64,000 nucleotides of DNA, from the NCBI GenBank assembly GCA_963701075.1, contig OY969559.1, forward strand, positions 1,056,001 through 1,120,000. Direction: 5' to 3'. The number at the start of each line of letters is the position of its first letter. Positions within the stretch are counted from its first letter, which is position 1. Under the pieces are notes generated by a model that had not been told where the DNA came from, did not search any database, and saw nothing but the letters and a program-made list of their open reading frames with translations. Shown one piece after another: positions 61,112-64,000 of this stretch. The position numbers and the translations under genes were made by a program. This stretch comes from an uncultured Nitrososphaerota archaeon (GTDB lineage Archaea; Thermoproteota; Nitrososphaeria; Nitrososphaerales; Nitrosopumilaceae).

Positions 61112-62278
61112 ATGAATTCTTTAGCAGCGTATGAACAGTTAAAGAATATTCGTGAACGTAAAGTTTCTAGAATTATAGGACCGGCAACTACGATAGAACC
61201 TACCGTTTCTGTCTCTAAACTCATAGGCATGATGCTCAGGGATGATTCTTACGATGTATTTTGTATGAATGGTCGTGAGGTATCAACCATAAATGCAAGA
61301 GAACTATTGACCTCGCGAGATGTCAAAAACATGAAGATCTCTCCTTTATTACACAAGGTTCAGGCCATAAGGAGAAATGATACCTTGGAGAAAGCGGCTG
61401 CAATTATGTCACATAATAGAATGCGTTCAGTTCCTGTAGTGGAAGACGGGAAAATAATTGGAGCAGTTAACATAAAAGAAATAATCAAACTATTAAATCA
61501 AGAGAACTTGAATTGGATCTCAGCAAGTGACATACTTACTCCAAATCCAATTACTATTGGCAGTAATGAATTACTTTCCTCTGCAAGACAAACGATGGCG
61601 ACGAAAAAAATAGATCACCTCCCCGTCATCAGTGGAGGAAAAGTATCTCAAGTCTTGACATCAATGCATCTTTTACATTTTGCTGTGCCTGAAGAAAGAA
61701 TAGGAAGTGGCATGAGAGGACGAAATACTGAAAGGAGATTTGGATCTCAGGTAGGTAATGCTGGAAGTACCAGAGTTCCCAACTGTCTTACAAGTGCATC
61801 TCTTAACACTGTAATGGGTGCAATGTTAAAGGCTGACACTTCATGTTGCTTGCTTACCTTGTGGGATAACCTACATGGAATAATTACTTACAAGGACTTG
61901 TTAGGAATACTTGAGTCCAGAATTCAAAGCACGGTACCCTTGTACATTATCGGGTTGCCGGAAAACTTGGGCAATGCACAAATAATAAAAGAAAAATTTG
62001 ACAAGATAATTAGAAATCTCATCAAGTCTTATCCTGAGGTGGAAGAGGCAAAAGCTAGTATCAAGACAATGCATAATCACGAAAGTAAGGGAGACCATTA
62101 CAAAGTTGTAATAAGAATAATGACACCATACAGGAGTTACAGCTATTCAGAACTTGGCTGGGATCTCTCAAAAGTTTTTGATATTCTTGGAAACAAAGTT
62201 ACCAGAAATCTCTCAAACCGAAGTAAGAAACGTTGGAAGACATCTGTTAGAAAGATAGAAAAGAGAAATATTTTCTAG
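61112..62278 (+). CDS. Four-CBS-domain protein with C-terminal HPF/RaiA-like domain (ribosome hibernation factor candidate)
   Basis: CBS motifs (RSVPVVEDGKIIG, DHLPVISGG, GIITYKDL), then a beta-alpha-beta-beta-beta-alpha-like tail (LYIIGL...YKVVIRI...GWDLSKVFD). Confidence 0.75.
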   Translation: MNSLAAYEQLKNIRERKVSRIIGPATTIEPTVSVSKLIGMMLRDDSYDVFCMNGREVSTINARELLTSRDVKNMKISPLLHKVQAIRRNDTLEKAAAIMSHNRMRSVPVVEDGKIIGAVNIKEIIKLLNQENLNWISASDILTPNPITIGSNELLSSARQTMATKKIDHLPVISGGKVSQVLTSMHLLHFAVPEERIGSGMRGRNTERRFGSQVGNAGSTRVPNCLTSASLNTVMGAMLKADTSCCLLTLWDNLHGIITYKDLLGILESRIQSTVPLYIIGLPENLGNAQIIKEKFDKIIRNLIKSYPEVEEAKASIKTMHNHESKGDHYKVVIRIMTPYRSYSYSELGWDLSKVFDILGNKVTRNLSNRSKKRWKTSVRKIEKRNIF

Positions 62279-62334
62279 TTATTTTTTTAAAAATTAACCA
62301 AGTTATTTCGGTATGTCATATGATTGATATCTAA

Positions 62335-62495
62335 TCACTTCTTATTTCTTGGACCTAGACTTGTTGCAACTATCTGTGCCATGTGTTTGGTCGCTGCAAT
62401 ATTGTTTCTTTGTGCATCGCAACCCTGGATTGTTTTGAACCATCTTTTGATACGATTACGGGTATTCCTTCAGATGTGGTCTGAACCAAAGCCAT
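62335..62495 (-). pseudogene. Thermosome (group II chaperonin) N-terminal remnant
   Basis: Reads MALVQTTSEGIPVIVSKDGSKQSR, then after a frameshift DAQRNNIAATKHMAQIVATSLGPRNKK*. This matches the thermosome N-terminus and stops where GMDKM is expected. Confidence 0.7.
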
Positions 62496-62548
62496 AAAGA
62501 CCTGTTACTTTTCAATAAAAATAGTAGAAGAAAATTACTATGCATGAT

Positions 62549-62562
62549 TATCATCCGTGATA
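62549..62562. promoter_or_regulatory. Candidate operator TATCA-N4-TGATA (perfect copy)
   Basis: TATCA-TCCG-TGATA just upstream of the TTATAA box of the PAC2 gene. Confidence 0.5.
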
Positions 62563-62641
62563 TTCTCCAACATGTTATAAAATTAGAAAAATACAGGTAA
62601 TTATATTGCTAGATAAAAATAATCCCAAAAACTTGAAGAAA

Positions 62642-63346
62642 ATGTCCACCGCGCCATCTATCTTGATTGTTGGCATTCCTGGACCTGGACTCATTGGTAC
62701 GCTCTCTGTCTCTTATCTGGTTCACTCGCTAGATATGGAAATTGTCGGTGAGATTGAAAACGAAGACACGACCCCTGTTGTGTTCGTTGATAATGGCGAA
62801 ATTTTTGGCCCAATTAGGATCTACAAAAAGGAATCACTGTATGCTATTCTTTCGGACACACCAATTGATTATGATATGGCTTCAGGTTTTTCTCAGTCAC
62901 TAATTGATTTTGCCCAAAAAAATAGCATAGACATGATTCTATTGCTTGGCGGCATACCTGCTTCTGAGAAAAATGCAGATGACATAAAAACATACGGACT
63001 CGCTACAAATGCAAAGCTTGACGCAATAATGTATGAAAATGAGATCCCCAAGTTTCTTAGCGGCATGATAGCAGGACCTGATGCTACCATACTTACACAT
63101 TTGAAAAATTCCACAATTCCATCATTGATTTTATTTACGCAGTGTAATTTCTTCTTCCCTGATCCTGAATCTGCCATGCATGCCATTGAGACAGTAGCAA
63201 GAATTGTAAAGCGAGATGTAGATCTTACTGAATTTAAGAAACAGATGAACTATTTGAGATTGCAAGGAAGACAGTTAATGGAAGAAACACTAAATGTTTT
63301 ACAACCGGAGCAAGAACCTCAGAAACCTCCACAGATTTACAAGTAG
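62642..63346 (+). CDS. PAC2-family proteasome assembly chaperone
   Basis: VGIPGPGLIG, PIRIY, LLGGIP and FPDPESA. Confidence 0.85.
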   Translation: MSTAPSILIVGIPGPGLIGTLSVSYLVHSLDMEIVGEIENEDTTPVVFVDNGEIFGPIRIYKKESLYAILSDTPIDYDMASGFSQSLIDFAQKNSIDMILLLGGIPASEKNADDIKTYGLATNAKLDAIMYENEIPKFLSGMIAGPDATILTHLKNSTIPSLILFTQCNFFFPDPESAMHAIETVARIVKRDVDLTEFKKQMNYLRLQGRQLMEETLNVLQPEQEPQKPPQIYK

Positions 63347-63350
63347 AGAA

Positions 63351-63746
63351 ATGTCGTCGCCAAGTTTTATCCCAGCATTTGAAAATCGCATCAATTCAAT
63401 ATTTGGCAATAGCTTAATTGATGATTTTGTCCATCGTGAGCTTGTACCTCTGTCTCATTTGACTGAAAAGGATTCAAGATGGATCTTGCAAATTGATCTC
63501 CCAGGAGTAAGAAAAAAAGATGTCTCAGTAACAGTAACCCGTGGTCACGTAATAGTAAAAGCCAAACTTGAAGAAGCATATCATGTTTCAAGGCATGGGC
63601 ATCTTACAAAGTTTGAATCTATGAGAAAAGTTTCTAGTCTTCCTACTCATGCAGATACAAAGAAGATCTCTGCTAGCCTCAAAAATGGAATTTTGACTAT
63701 AATGATTCCAAAAATAACGGACGGCAAGAAAATTCCAATTGACTGA
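63351..63746 (+). CDS. Hsp20/alpha-crystallin small heat-shock protein
   Basis: IDLPGVRKKDVSV and ASLKNGILTI.IPK...GKKIPID. Confidence 0.88.
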   Translation: MSSPSFIPAFENRINSIFGNSLIDDFVHRELVPLSHLTEKDSRWILQIDLPGVRKKDVSVTVTRGHVIVKAKLEEAYHVSRHGHLTKFESMRKVSSLPTHADTKKISASLKNGILTIMIPKITDGKKIPID

Positions 63747-63855
63747 ATCTTTGCACGATGAACAAATCATGCCTATCTGTATCTTGCCTGTTTTGTTATG
63801 CTATGAGATAGTTTATCTCTAAAACATATCAACTGGATATTGGGAATTGAATAAT

Positions 63856-64000
63856 TTGAATTATGCAAATAGAAGAATATTTGTAATCAAGTCAGATGGA
63901 ACTAGAGTACCGTTTAACCACAGAAAAGTCAAGCGAACATGTATTCGAGCAGGGGCTTCTAGAGAACTAGCTAATATTGTAGCAAACAAGGTCTCAGACC
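63856..64000 (+). CDS. ATP-cone domain protein, N-terminal part (runs off the window)
   Basis: From TTG 63856: ...IFVIKSDGTRVPFNHRKVKRTCIRAGASRELANIVANKV, matching the ATP-cone V.K.DG...F...K signature. Confidence 0.7.
   Translation, partial: MNYANRRIFVIKSDGTRVPFNHRKVKRTCIRAGASRELANIVANKVSD

Noticed and set aside
49868-64000. Island as an integrative mobile element or provirus
   Set aside because: I saw no integrase, transposase, tRNA target or terminal repeats in the window, and no obvious compositional shift by eye.

Overview
This AT-rich archaeal window reads as a Nitrososphaerota (ammonia-oxidiser lineage, probably Nitrosotalea-like) chromosome segment; the taxonomy is inferred from gene content, not from a search. 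Bases 1-49.9 kb are mostly core genes: sulfite reductase and rhodanese, argS, cysS, metG, trmI, endA, lig, rps25e, rpoK, psmB, hom, nadE, ahcY, ilvC, birA, and the methylmalonyl-CoA mutase/MeaB/epimerase cluster of the 3HP/4HB cycle. From about 49.9 kb to the window end lies an accessory island. It holds five universal stress proteins, a class III PPK2, an AMP phosphorylase / ribose-1,5-bisphosphate isomerase / form III RuBisCO operon, a CBS-HPF-like ribosome hibernation candidate, PAC2, Hsp20, a thermosome remnant and an ATP-cone gene. A TATCA-N4-TGATA palindrome recurs in the island's promoters, suggesting a co-regulated low-energy or dormancy module. Six single-base frameshifts, one in essential argS, all fall at AGCTA/TAGCT, which points to sequencing errors caused by DNA methylation at AGCT rather than real pseudogenes. 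I saw no rRNA, tRNA, CRISPR array or transposase.
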